A stretch of DNA of 64,000 bases from the human T2T-CHM13v2.0 reference genome, Homo sapiens: NCBI RefSeq assembly GCF_009914755.1, contig NC_060947.1; one strand, written 5' to 3'. Below are positions 13,045 through 27,175 of this stretch, in pieces; within the stretch, counting starts at the first letter, position 1; the number at the start of each line of letters is the position of its first letter. The notes under the pieces are model-generated. The model did no database searches. It worked only from the letters and a program-made list of their open reading frames with translations, and was not told the origin of the DNA. Made by a program: the position numbers and the translations under genes.

Positions 13045-13705
13045 TCAGTAATCTATCACTGGGTAACCACACTAAAACTTAATGGCTCAGAACGGCCATG
13101 ATGTATTGTTTCTCTTGATTCAGAGGGTTGACTGGGTAGTTCTGCTGACCTTGTCTGATGTCACTTATGTGACTACATGAGCTTGGCTAATGGCTGACTA
13201 GAGCTGTTGGTTCCCAGGCCATCTTGGTTCCTTGATGGCCTTTCCACAGCATGGTGATCTCAGGGTTCCAAGAGGGTGAAAACAGAAGTTTCCAAGACTC
13301 TTGAGGTCTAGGCCTGTGATTTCCATTGGTGAAGGCAGGTCAGGGCCAGCTCAGCTTCAAGGGGAAGGGAAACAGTCTCCACGACTTTGGTCGAAGAAAT
13401 GAAGACCATGAGGCACAATCAATGGAAGAAGCCTAAGATGCAAGTCACTTGTCCAAGCCTGACTCCAATGGAGTGAGGAGCTAAATTTGCCCATAGGGAA
13501 GGATAATGAATACAGTGTTCCAAACCACGTCCTGTGTTTTATAGATAGATACTCTATTTTATAAATGAATGAATGAATGAATAGAATGCAAGGAAGAAGC
13601 ATAAGATGAAGTAGAAGGAAGTACAAAACAATATAACTCCATTGACCATGGAGCACAGAAGTTGGGACAATTGTTGGCAGCCATCTTTGGAAAAGATCTA
13701 TCACA
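13045..13705 (-). mobile_element. MLT1 (H-like) MaLR LTR interrupted by an inserted duplicate segment
   Basis: MLT1-like blocks (caaggggaagggaaacagtctccac... then ...ttgttggcagccatctttggaaaa) are separated by non-LTR sequence at 13411-13647. Confidence 0.7.
13438..13647 (+). repeat. Dispersed direct duplication, copy A (about 210 bp)
   Basis: Near-identical to 16774-16982 (atgcaagtcacttgtccaagcc...aatataactcca(t/c)tgacc). Confidence 0.97.
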
Positions 13706-13949
13706 GAGATAGGGTTTCCTTCATCCAAACAGAGAAAGTACTTCTTTTCAGGTAAATTTCTGCCCATTTGGTGTTAAGCTCTCAGGGAGTAGCCTCAAGC
13801 GTGGGGATTTGTCAGGAGTGTCCTCTTGTTTCCTGGGTTTCTCCCAGGATCCTTTTTTTTAAGTAAGTTGAAATACATATTTTGTTAGGCTCCTACTGCA
13901 ACTGTGGGTGAAATTTGTAAGGGCATTCATTGCCCACCCCCACCATTCC

Positions 13950-15200
13950 CAGCATTATTGAAATATAATTTATATACAAGAAAATTTGCCAATCTGAAGT
14001 GTAATTGCTGAATTTTAGTAATTGTTTACTATTATGTAAACACCTCTAAAATCAAGTTACAGAACACTTCCATCTACCCATAGTTTCCTCAAGTCCCTTA
14101 CGGTCAATCTGCTCCCCTATCCCCTGGCCCCAGATATCCACTAACTGGCTTTCTGCTATTATAGTTTTGGCTTTCCTAGAATTTCATATAAGCAGAATAT
14201 TTTGTGTTTGACTTACTCCACTTAGCATAACATTTTGAGATTTATCCATTTTTTGTACGTATCATATTTTGCTTATTTGCACTGTGCAGTGGTATTCCAT
14301 ACTATAGATATACCATAATTTGTTTATTCATTCAGAGTTGGTAGACATTTTGTATTTTTTTCTAATTTTGGTTATTATGCATATCGCTGCTATGAACTAC
14401 CATGTAGAAGTCTGTGTAGAGACTTGTTTTAATTTCTCTTGATTAAATACATGAAAGTCATACTGCTGGATCGTATGATAAATATATGCTTGACTTCATG
14501 AGATATTACCAAAATGTTTCCAAAAGTGACTGTACCACTTCTATCCCCACTAACAATATATGAGAGTCCAGTTGATTCATATTCTCACCAACAGTTGATA
14601 TTGTCAGTCTTTTTAATTTTAGCCATTCTAGTGGATATCTAATGAGACCTCATTGTGGTTTCAATTTTGCATTTCCCTGCTTAGTAATACTGAGCATCTT
14701 TAATGTGTATATGAAATGTCTGATCAAATATTTTTACCATTTAAAATTGGGTTGTCTTCATATTGAATTGTATCAAATCTTTACATATTCTGGATATAAG
14801 CCCTCTGTTGGATATATACTTCACGTATATTTTCTCTCAGTCTGTGGCTTGCCTTTTGTTTTCTTAAATGTGTCTTCCGAAAACCAAAAGCTTCTAATCT
14901 TGATAAGGTCCAGTTTATCAATATATTTCTTTTATGGCTCATGTTTTCTACATCCTGTTTAAGAAATCTTTACCTAACTCAGGGTCACAAAGATTTTGTC
15001 CAACACTTTTTTGTAGAAGTTTCATGTTCTTAGTTCTTATGTTTGGAGATATGATCCATTTTAGGTTAATTTTTGTCCATAGTGAGTCAAGGGTGAGATT
15101 CATTTTTTCCATGTGCAGATATCTAGTTGTTCCAACTACATATGTCTTTTGCCCATTGAATTACCATGACACCTTTGTTTAAAATCAATTGGCCATGTAA
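13950..15200 (-). mobile_element. Old L1M (MC/MD/ME-type) 3' region
   Basis: Antisense L1 text such as ccaaaatgtttccaaaagtgactgtacc, ttttaattttagccattctagtgg, tgatccattttaggttaatttttgt. Confidence 0.85.
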
Positions 15201-16519
15201 TTTTAATGGCATTTGAAGCAGCTGAAGTACTGCTGTTGTATTTGGGTTTCCCCCAAACTACTGAACATCCCAAATTGATTGAAAGAGCTGTTGTTATTTT
15301 CTTGTCAGTATATGTAAATGTCAAAATCGATTTTGTATACAAATAATATGTTGGGGATTTTTTTTAAGTAAAGGAGCATATTGGGCCTCATAATTCCCTG
15401 GTTTTTACTGCTGAATGTAGACCCTCAAAATGAGGATTTACAAAATAATTTGTGTTTAGAAAACAATTACTAAAATGAAATAAATACAGTAAGATTTTAT
15501 ACTCTAATTTTTCTATATTCAAATATTTTTCAAATAAATCCTCTTTTGTGCTACATGTTTATGTAAGTTTGTCATTTACCTTCTTGGAAGAGATTGTCCT
15601 TTATTTCCATTGGGTCCTTCATATTGTTTGTGTATGAAAATACTCTCTCTTATACAAAATAATAGTTATTAATAGCAAGTTTCTTTTCTTTCAAAATTCT
15701 TCTTTAGCAAAGTTAAAAGTGAAAGCTTAAAGCATGACCTATATAGTTTGTTTTTAAATTTTGCTGACTCAAGAAATCTACTGGATTAAGTGACTGGTAC
15801 AAGGAAGGTCACATGGCTAGTCACCATGATGTGCAGACTCCAAACCCAGATCCTTCGCTTCCTCACTAGGATTTTTTCCCAAAACGAGATGTGTGATACA
15901 TGCATGTAACTAACATAGTTCTCATTTTGCATGTAGAGGAAATGAGGTTTTGTGAAGTGTAAAAAACTTCAAGAGAAGGGAAAGAACTTTAGGATTATTT
16001 GTTTACAAGATAAGTTCCTTGTGGCAATCTAGGGAGTTACAATTCAAGATACTGATTCTCTGCCTAAAAGTTTCTCAGTCTTTGCTATCTGTTGATCCAA
16101 GGATCAAGATAAAAGAGATAAAACTTATCTTGTGGAAGTACATGACGCCATCAATGTCATAGTGAATTCCCTTAAATAGCTTTAAATTGTTCGTAATTTG
16201 CATGGAGCACTTCCTCTGAGCAAATTATTTTGTCCTGTGTTGTACATATGGTAATATTATCTCAGCTATTCCACCTGCCAGCCCAGCAAGTTGAGAACTA
16301 TATTTGTAAGGCTGAGAGAGGATAAATAACCTTTGTAAATTAGCCAAACTTAAATGGGAGTGGGGGTTTCAAACCCAGGCTTCATGACTGCAAAATTTGT
16401 GCCCTTAACCACTATTCATACTACTAGCCCATACCATATACAAGAAGTCTTCCTACTGTATGACTTTTACTAAACCTTTTTGAGCACAGGAGCCATGTCT
16501 GTTTCATCTTTGAACCCCT

Positions 16520-16850
16520 GTAACTGTGAGTTTTGGTGAAATAATACCATGGTAAATAAACAAACAACCCCAAATATCTCAGTGGCTTCCAGCAACAGAG
16601 GTTTGTTTCTCTTTCTCATGAAAGCCATTGTGGATTACCTGTGGCTTTCTACCTTGCTGCCTTCACTTTAGGTATCACCTAAAATAAAATAAAAGGAAAG
16701 AAGAAACACTGAGTCTGCTTAAAAAATTTTCCTAGGAAGTATTCTGTCACTTGCACTCATGTTTCATTCGCCAATGCAAGTCACTTGTCCAAGCCTGACT
16801 CCAATAGACTGAGGAGCTAAATTTGCCCATAGGGAAGGATAATGAATACA
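16520..16850 (-). mobile_element. Old MLT1 (K/L-type) LTR fragment
   Basis: acaaacaaccccaaatatctcagtggctt...gtttcattcgccaatgcaagtcacttgtccaagcctgac. Confidence 0.65.
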
Positions 16851-16982
16851 GTGTTCCAAACCACCTCCTGTGTTTTGTAGATAATACTCTATTTATTTTA
16901 TAAATGAAAGAATGAATAGAGTGCAAGGAAGAAGCATAAGATGAAGTAGAAGGAAGTACAAAACAATATAACTCCACTGACC
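16774..16982 (+). repeat. Dispersed direct duplication, copy B (likely donor)
   Basis: Matches 13438-13647 and is continuous with its own LTR on the left. Confidence 0.97.
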
Positions 16983-17346
16983 GTCAAATTTGAACCAGGA
17001 CATTATTTTCCTAAGAAGAACAGAATGGATAACTTTTTGTATTTTTTTCATATGGAAACTTAAATATTGAATCTTTAGGGAATTTATGGACTCTGCCCTG
17101 GTTGAGTTCCTTATATTTGACCACAGGATTAGTAACTCATCATTACCAACTTTATATAGTTACAGATCCTTTAATGCCCTTAGAGAAAATGGTCAAATAT
17201 TTGCCCACTTTCCATATTCCCATCATTCAATAAACCTAACTAGACAAAGGTATGCTTTTAAAATGGAGTTTTCCCAGTCCACTGTCAAATCTAGGTTCCA
17301 AAGAGTGAAACATTTAAGTATACATCTATTAGAAAATCAAACTGCA

Positions 17347-17634
<288 letters not shown>

Positions 17635-18313
17635 TCAAATTGCTGTTAAGGTCATATCTAACAATCATCAATGGAAGAGCAGTATATATTTTTCCTACCA
17701 TGTTGCTATTGTGGTAAGCTGAGGGAGGATGGGTAGGGTCAAACCCCAAAGTACCCTTTATGAAGAACAGACAAAAAGGAATTCTTTCTACAAATTTAAT
17801 CAGCAGAGGAAAAAGATTGGAGAAACCACTAAGAGGCCTGCTCTGAGACTGCCATCTCATGGTTCCCTTGTTTTGAGCAGGGCGCCCCCCACTGTCACTG
17901 TTCACTAAATCTGAGGGTGTGTGTAGACTGGCTTTTTGTAGAGTTTTCTAGAGGGACTACTTGAAAAATACATGACTTGGAGTCAGCTCCGGACTACTTT
18001 ATCAATGCCAATTTGCTAGCCAGCACTCTCCTCCCTAGTCTGTAGCCCTTCATGAACCAGATATGTTCCTTTGCAATACTTCCTTTCTAAAATAAATGAT
18101 TATGGAATACAGAATATAAAGGTTATGCAATTTATTCTAATGCCAGAATGAGCCCAGGTCCTGAAGTTGCTGCTTCATCTTAATTATCATTTTCTAGTAA
18201 GCATTCGTTTTGACCAGGGCACCAAAGCCAGTCTATAGTGGATCACATCTTATCATGCATGCTTCCTTCATTACTTCTGTCAACAGACATTGAGTGGGTG
18301 CCTGTGCCTCCTA

Positions 18314-18322
18314 TGTGTGTGT

Positions 18323-18353
<31 letters not shown>
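18314..18353. repeat. (TG)5-T30 tract
   Basis: Read directly from the sequence; followed by aacag. Confidence 0.97.
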
Positions 18354-18354
<1 letters not shown>

Positions 18355-18357
<3 letters not shown>

Positions 18358-19010
18358 GAGCATGAAATAAGGGTGTGAGGGCAGGTAGTTTATTTAGGAG
18401 ATGATTCCAGGAAGCAGGGGTAAGGAAGTAGGAAAAATGAGAAAAGAAAGAAAAATAAAACAAAAGATTGTGTAGGTTAGAAGTAGGGACCTCAACCCCC
18501 CTAGAGAATTTCTAAGAAATTATGTAGAACAAATGTCCCCAAACTATATCCTGTGGGCCGAACCTGGCCTGTTTTTCATGAATAAAGTTTTATTGGCACA
18601 GGGCTGCATCCATTTGTTTACATGTTGTCTATAGCTGCTTTTGTGCTACAATGACAGAGTTAAGTAGCTGTGACAGAGACCACATGGCCTAAAATAGCTA
18701 AATAAATATCTGGCCCATTGCCAAAAGAGTTTGCTGACCCCTAGTATAGAACTTGCCTGAGACTTGTACTTCTGAAGGATGAAGCTGAAGTATTTATTCA
18801 CTGACCCCTTCCCATTGTTTCCCAGGAGCCCACCTGGACTGAATTTAAGCAACTTAACGTTCTGAGACAGAAAAGTGGGGAGACCTCATAGCCAGGCCTC
18901 TTGATGTGAGACTGCCAGTGGACCTAGAACTATCCACCATAGCTACATGACTAGCACAGGTTGGCCAATAAGGAAGCATTAAAGCAGCTGCTACAATACA
19001 GTTATTCTCC
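18355..19010 (-). mobile_element. Old ERVL LTR (LTR16/LTR33-like) interrupted by MER58A
   Basis: tgaaataagggtgtgagggcaggtagtttatttaggagatgattccaggaagc resembles antisense LTR16-family sequence. Confidence 0.5.
18535..18742. mobile_element. MER58A (hAT-Charlie)
   Basis: aataaagttttattggcacag...gagttaagtagctgtgacagagacc...gtttgctgacccct. Confidence 0.88.
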
Positions 19011-22000
19011 AAGTACTGTGTTAGCCTCTTCTCATCCACCAATATTTGTTTTTCTTTGATCAACAAAAAATCTCTACTGTTGTCCTTTTACCATCATCTG
19101 GAAAGTTCTGGTTATAATAGACATCTATTATTAGGAGTTTTGAAAGTTTGGATGCATGAAACAGATTTTCTTTGAAGTTAATTTTATAAAATGAACTTGA
19201 CAATTTTCCCAAATAGGAACATCTATTCATAGCCACTGACTAAGAGACAGGGCTAATAGGGGATCCATTCTAACCATTTAGGTCTCCTAAATGATGGTAT
19301 ATACATGACGGCAAGGGCAAGTTATATGGAACTTAACATTTCCTTGAAGAACAATTTTCCATTTGATGTTGCTTTAGATGATCATTATGAGTAATTATGT
19401 GTACAACTGTAATGATTTCATATCAAATTAAGAGGTACTTTGAAACTGGATTATATAAGAATGACAGGTGGGTTAGGTGCTACAATGCTGTACTGGGAGT
19501 AGAAATAGAGGTGGTCAGAATAGGAAAAGCAATGGAGCCAAAATGAAAAGACAAAATGGAATTAAGGAAATTCTATTTTTCCATTCCAATTTAGGAAATT
19601 TAGAGCCCCCTCCATTACAATTACCCAAAGTGAGACTTTAAGACCAATGATTTGTTTACCATATCCTCCACCGCAGGTAATAACCACTTATTTCTCTAAG
19701 TGTACTATATATTCCCAGTAGTTAGAGAGTATTTTGAGTCATTATGGACAGCATTTTTTTTCAAGTGATTGCCTCTGAAAACAGAAGTCAGAAGGCAAGG
19801 AATCTGGAGTTAGAACAACACTGTCCTGTACTCAAACTTTCCTTCTAAGGCAGGAGCCCTGTCTACACTATTTCTGGTTGATGAGCATGGCCCAGGTTGG
19901 ATAAGGTGCTCATTTCTTTGTCAGAATCTCCATGATAAAATGTCATTGATTTGGAAAATTTACATAATCCCAAGCCAGGAAGAGTTTCCACTCTTAGAAT
20001 TGCTGATTGAAGAGAAGTATCTTCATGTGTTAGTATCCTAATGGCCACTTGGCTCCCAGCTCATCAGCACTAGGGCCAAATGTCTTGGTGGCACAATCTA
20101 AGTGAGGCCAGATTTTCTTATACAACAGTCCAAAACAGAGCCTTTCCAAGCCCTAAGATAAATGTGTCATTCCATTGGTTAGAAAACTCTCAACATTTCA
20201 CCACTGCCCTATGTGCCTCAAAACAAATGCTTTGTTGGATTTCAAATGAGGTTTCATAAATTCACTGGAATTGTCTTTAATGCTACACTTTTAATATTTA
20301 AAGATCAGGGTTTTAATAAGCATTTGCTTGGGAGAGTTGTGAGCTTTAATGTTGAATGAAGAGATATATTAAGCAATAAATGCAGTGCCCAGAATGCATG
20401 ATTATTGCAGGTTGTCATTATTGAGAACAAGCCAAAATCAGGAAAATGATATTTAATGTAAAAAACAACTTCTGGCAACAAAATTATTCTTCTCAATGTA
20501 ATCTGCCACATCTATTTGGAAGTATAGAAAGGGTAGAGACTGTGGATAACTTTTGCTGTTAGACTGGAACCCTGGGTTCCATGCCTGGGTACAGCCATCA
20601 ATTTCCCTGACCTGTGTTCTCATTTCTTTGGAGAATGACCATTATACAGCTGAGTTTTCTTTCTACCAGGCTTTGGGTATCTATAAAATACTTTGAAGTT
20701 AGATTCTCCATGGGACTGTTTTTTGACTTTTTATTCCCAAAAGAGATGACGGCCCTAGCTGGAAGAGGTGGAAAGGGAGGGGAGCAAGAATGGTAAAAGT
20801 GTATTTCCAGCCTGAGTAATTTTGGATTTATCAGTATAATCTCATTAATGCAGATGGAGCATTAGAACTGAGAATATAACCCTTTTTCTGAGAATAAGCT
20901 TTTTCGGTTTATGTTCTCAGAAATGCCTGTGAGAATAAACAAGCACACAAAATATTATGCCAAGAAAAAACAGAGCTGATACATTTTCCAGTGCTGCTTT
21001 TGTTCCTGTTAGAAATGCCTGCAATGGAAAACAAAAATGACAAGGATCATACTTTTACACTGTGTGATTAAGAGACTCTTTTGCCTCCCTGAATGCATCC
21101 ATGGTCTTCACTCAGCAGGCCTAACAGATTTTCCTGTGTTTTCTTTTTGATTTCTGTCTTGCCCAGAAGTTTTTTTCCTATGATCTGTTCTTACTGTTCT
21201 CTTCTGTGATCTCTGAAAATACATTGGTTTCTTTAGAACTGAACAAGAGTCAAAGGAACATTCATTTTTGAATGCTTGCAGTCCTCAAATCACAGAGGAA
21301 GAAAGAAAGAAAAGAGGGCAAGAAACTCTGTTAGTGAGGGACACAGAAAAGACGTTCTTCTGCACTGCCTGAAGACCATGCTGAATGGAATACACAATGA
21401 GTGCTAAATCCATTTGCAAAACTAGCTCCTGCTTCCTAAAAGAATAGCAAGGGAAAGAATGGCTAGAGTTGAGCAAGAGGTAGCTAGGTTGACATATTGA
21501 GAAAGGTAGAATCAATGGAAGGAACGTCGAAATTCTGGTTTTTAACCAGTGTTGATATGTATGAACTAACTCATATTTGGAGACTTCTAGTTAGCTCCAC
21601 CTTCTCTCTGTTCCTGAATTTACAATGGTCTCCCACAATTAGGAGAAGTGTGTGTATGTGTGTTGCTACAGAAACTGTCATGTGTGTCTGCTATATGAGT
21701 GCATGCTTGCTTGCTCAGAAATACTAATTATGCTCAGAAATACTAAGGCAGTTGTTGGAAATACCAGTGAACAGGCAATTGTGTTTCATCATGACTTCCA
21801 AGGCTTACCATTAATGTAGTCTCAAAAAAAAAAAAAAAAAGGCAGTTTATGATCATAGATCTTGGCTGGTTCAAGGAGCCACAAGACAGCTTTACCTCTG
21901 ACACATGCTCCATTGTATCAGGTCAACTTGTGCTATGCAATAGAGCTTGTTAATCAAATTTCCAACACGGTTTCTTTTTACAGCTGAAGACTGGATTTCT

Positions 22001-23874
22001 CCTCAAGATGAAAGGCTCAAAGCACAGATTTGGGTTGTGTCTACTAAGAAAGTGTTCATTTCTGGCAATTGTTTCTTTGCATTTTAGTAGACCACTCTGA
22101 TTGACATTTTAACTGCCTATCCCTGTTGGGCAAGCCTCAGTGCTGGGAAGTTGTCAAAATGTTGTGGCTTCATTCTCAACATGATAGTCCACAGTACAAA
22201 AGTGCCCAATCCAATGTGTCAAAATAGATTAAGAGAAAATTCTAGCTTATGAACCATCAGGAAAAATTATCCATTTTACTTTTAAGAAATGGAAAGTGCT
22301 TTTTGAGGCTCAGCCAAGGGATATAGCACTACTGTCTTTTAATTAAAATGACACTTCACTTATTTTCATGCAACATTAAGTTAATCTGTTCCAATTTAAT
22401 GCAAATACGGGGAAAGGAAAACATGCATGCTGTTCTACATAAGATCCTTTCTATGAGTAATATCTCATGGAGGGATTTGATTTTATGTGAATGAAGGGTT
22501 TAAATTGACACTAAATCAGAGCTACATTTTTAAAAAAAGATCAAAAATATTAATAGAACAGAGTAACTCCTGGTTTCATCTGGGTTACAGGATACTGATT
22601 TCTAACTTATTGGTACTTTTCCCATTTCTTCATGAAAAGGTCCATTTTGTCCAGGGCATAGAGTAACAAATGACAATCAAATCTAAAAATTCAATGACCA
22701 AAATAAGTGAAGAAGTGAATCAGTGAATTTGCAGGAATTACTAAGTTTTGTGAATTAGTGAGAAATCTTATTTATTAGACTTACCCTACACATCATGGGA
22801 TGTGTATGAATTTTATCTCTGCATATTGAATGAATTAAAGGAGGATTTGCCTTACTTTATTTTTAGCAGCTGTGTGTAAATTTTTTGTCAGGAATAAATA
22901 AGTGGTTTACATCCAGCTGTATCTACTTGAAATGGTGTCAAAGAGCTAGAACAAATTATGGTTTTATAAGGGAAGTATTTTTGAAGAGAACACAAAAGAG
23001 ATACCATGCAAAGGCAGCAAAAACTATGAGCAAGATTGCATAAAATGAAAATTTAACAAAGGAACATGTGAGGAGGTGTCATATCCCAATTTGATGTTAC
23101 CATGATTATGGCTGTGCTGATGGGAGTATTAAGCACCCGACACTCCAAGCATATTTTGTGTCTGTATTCAGGCCCTATGCAGAATTAGGAGGATGGAAGT
23201 TCTTACAGAAAGGAAACTTCATTTGGGTGAAGTTATTTAATTTTCAGAAACACCTTGTCTGTTGTGGTACATGCATAATTTGAGGTTTACAAGCAACAGA
23301 TATACCCAAAAGGGGACCCAAGTAGAGAGAATATTCTAGCTACATCACCCCCTTACTATGGGATTCCAAGCATAAGTCACCATGATACCCTGGATCAGAC
23401 AGGTGTCTGCTCTTTTATTCCCTTGAAAGCACACAGAAATTTTTGGAGAGATGCTCAAAGAGAGTGAAATGTCCTAAAAACACATGTTGATCTTACAAGG
23501 AAAGGAACATTATAAAGAAGTGTTGTACTGTGCCAGTTTCACATTGTACAGGGCACATTGGATGTGAGCATGATCTAATTTAAGTTCTTTAACATTTGAT
23601 ACATTCTAATGAACAACTGCAACCCAAATTTGGAAACAATTAAGAGTTCTCTGATACCTTAGAAAAATGTCAATTTGGAAAGTGATTGTTTTTAAAAGCA
23701 TGGTGGTTCTTTTCCACCTTAAAATGAAATTGAGTCATTTCATTTGCTTAGAATAACTTGGACCTTGGGGTAGAGAGTTAAAATATAAAATTTCGATCAT
23801 CTCTGAGAAATCAGAAAGTAGAACTTAACGGTTTGGACATATGAAACTAACAGGGGCCCTTCCCTTCCCCTTCT

Positions 23875-24191
<317 letters not shown>

Positions 24192-27175
24192 TCCTTTCTT
24201 TCTTTTCAAATTACCTTGGCAAACTATACTTCTACAGAAAAAATGTTATTCCCAGAAGGTTGTGATTTTTCAGGTTGAGGTAGAATGGCTTTTATAATTA
24301 CCTTCTTGAAGTTAAGCACTGGCAAATACTCAAGATGAAGCAAGATGATGAGTATTTCAAAGGCAACCTTAAACTAAGGCTAATGAAGAGAAGAATAAAA
24401 TCTTTGAAGTTATTTCAAATGAATTATCCATAGTTGTTTTATAAATGGATACCCTATGTAAAGAAATATGAAGGCATCTATTAGGTAAAAACATCCAAAG
24501 GTGTCTCACCTGTTATTGAGAGACTATTCTCTCAGACAGCTGACATACAGCAATGAGGACACTGCTGCCCCTGGAGACAAAAACTATCAGTCATTTTACC
24601 TGGGACGAGTTTATTATCTCTGAAATGGAAATACTGATTTCCCCTCCTTAGTCCAGTGATTAGGATCAGATGAAATGACTGGTGTGAAAACACTTTGTAA
24701 AGGGAAAGCTGTGACCCCAGATGCAGTATTATAAGATACAGGTATTACAAAATCCAATAAGGAGCCAGTCAGAAGGGAGCCACAGTTAAAATCAGTATAT
24801 TGGTGAGAATAAAGCCCTCTTCAGAGTTTCTGAATGACCAGTAAAAATCATTCTTTCTGAGAAGGTAGGACTGTCAGCCTGTCTTTCTGTTCAAACACAA
24901 TTGGAAATTGTCGTTAACATCTCTATATTCTGTACTAGCTTTCCCCCCACTGTAAGAACATTCTACATAATGACCAAAATGTCATTTTTTTCACATTTAA
25001 TAAATACAGTTACAGCGACTGATGAGCCCCTGTTCAGGAGTATTTAAGACCCAAATTTTACCTCTGTATCACCCGCCTTCACTGAATTGCCCTTGCATTG
25101 GGAAAACATGAATTATTCACTAACGAACATTGCTGATTAACTAGATAGCTATGATGTTTTTCTTTCAGCAAAAAGGGTAAATGTACTGACGTCTTTGTGG
25201 CTAGGCTCACACATATTAAACATGAATTAGTTGTGTTTGTGAATGAACATAAACATGCTTTAATTCTGGTGCCATTTTATAATCATTTGTGTTCATTTCA
25301 GATATAATTATAACAAATAAGATAGAAAATTCTCTCCAAAATTCCCTCGGGACAATATATTTATATTTTCCTGAGACCCTGTATGAGAAGATCAAGCTCA
25401 CACATCCCTCCCTGAAGCTGTTAAATGTATCTTCTACATTTATCACATTAGAAGTCTTCTCCTCAGCAATATCTTTCTGTAGCTCCCTGTTAATACTGAA
25501 AACAAATTCAGAAACCTAGCTTTAGGCTTCTAAGCCCTCATTGGTTACCTCTCTCATATGTGTGTTTATCTAGTCATCCATCCATCTATCCAAGCAACAA
25601 ATATTTATTTATTATCTAATGTATTTTGCTAGATGCTTCAAAAAACACAAATTCAAGGCTTCCTTCTCCTGTTGATGTTTTGTTCATGCAAACTTTTCTC
25701 CTGCACTTTTCATTAAATAAGCTGCTGTTCTCCCAATGGACAGCATTCAAATCAGCACCTAGACCTTCACAACATTCTCCTCAAATTATCTTTACCAGTT
25801 TCTGTGAGCATTTCAGGACCCCAGCTGAGTCTGCCATTTCTCACTATGAGATGAAATGCCCGACAGAAACAGACATGTCAGTGCTTGAGTGGTAGCCATT
25901 CTCTGTTAACAAACCACATTCCACTCCAAGGAAAGAGGCTCAAAAATTAAACACAAAGCCTGTTTTTCAAGTGCTTATAAGTAATGGAGCAAAAATAAAT
26001 ACAATAAGAAGCACGAAAAATACACTCACAGAAAATACCTGAAGTGAAACTGATACAGTTTTAAAGAACTTCACTAAAGTGTAAGGAGTAGAGGTCAGGG
26101 GGATTCTATCAGGCTACGTGACTGGATACTTGGGACAAATCAAAAAAGACTTCACAAGGAGGGTAGTGTGAGCACGGTTTGGAATTGTCAGGCAACAGGA
26201 TGACTTGATTTGGCAATTCCTAAAGCAGGGATGAGAATTTTAGCAAAGTCAGAAGTGCACACAAGCCCCAAATTTGCCTTGCTGGTATTCTGGCCAGGGA
26301 ACAAGGAGATTTGACGACAATGAGTTTTAGATGCTCACTGTTGTACTTTCATGGAGGGTAACTCTGCAACTTGTAACTTCCCATTCTGTCTACTTTTCCA
26401 TGCTGTCTCTTTATAGCAGGGTTTCACAACCTTGGCACTCTTGACAAGTGTCTCACATCATGTCTGCCAATGCTTCCCTGGCCAAGCAAGTCATGTGACC
26501 AAGTGAAGGGGTCAGAAAGTTCACTCTGTTCACCATGAGGTGATGACAAAAATGTGGATATATAATGCAACTCCCGGGGAGTTAAAAATTGAGAACAATA
26601 ACTCAATCTACTGCTGAACCCTAGTGCACAAATTAGCCACAGAATTGCACTGTCACTTAAAACTGTGCTGGGCACAATTTGTGCCCACAATTTGGGCACA
26701 AAACAGAGACAAGAAATTAGGTAATGAAAAATTAAGACCCCTATATTGTATAGATCAACATCAAAAAATATTGCTACTACTGGCCATTGGTAAGCTGCAA
26801 AGATAAGTTGCCCACAAACCCTGTGTTTGCCATGATGAATCCTGGGGGTCAGTGGTATCTGGTCAAATCTACTTGCCATCACTAATGGTGAGAAGCTAGG
26901 TTTGTGACAAGTCCAGTTTCAGCTGCACTTAAAACTATGCAAGAGAACCCAGTATAAAAGCTAAATATGTGCAATTCAAAATTCTTAAGGCAATCATCTT
27001 GTTCTCCCCAAACGTAATGATTAAAACTTGGAAGTGCTCTTAAACAACGACTTGTTCCAAGTAAAAATATCTTGTTGTGGGGTCAGCATGGAGCTCAAGA
27101 ACTCTGGTCATGGAGCAGAGATACGCATAGGCTCATCCTGGGGTTTTCTCTCACAGAATTTAAGAAAGTACAGCT

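Noticed and set aside
13357-16977. Two minus-strand ORFs sharing the peptide WFGTLYSLSFPMGKFSS as a small gene family
   Set aside because: Fully explained by the 210-bp DNA duplication; LTR-derived, with no gene structure.
21824-21840. gtctc followed by an A-run, as a retrocopy or Alu 3' end
   Set aside because: No upstream Alu or mRNA body and no TSD; an isolated homopolymer.
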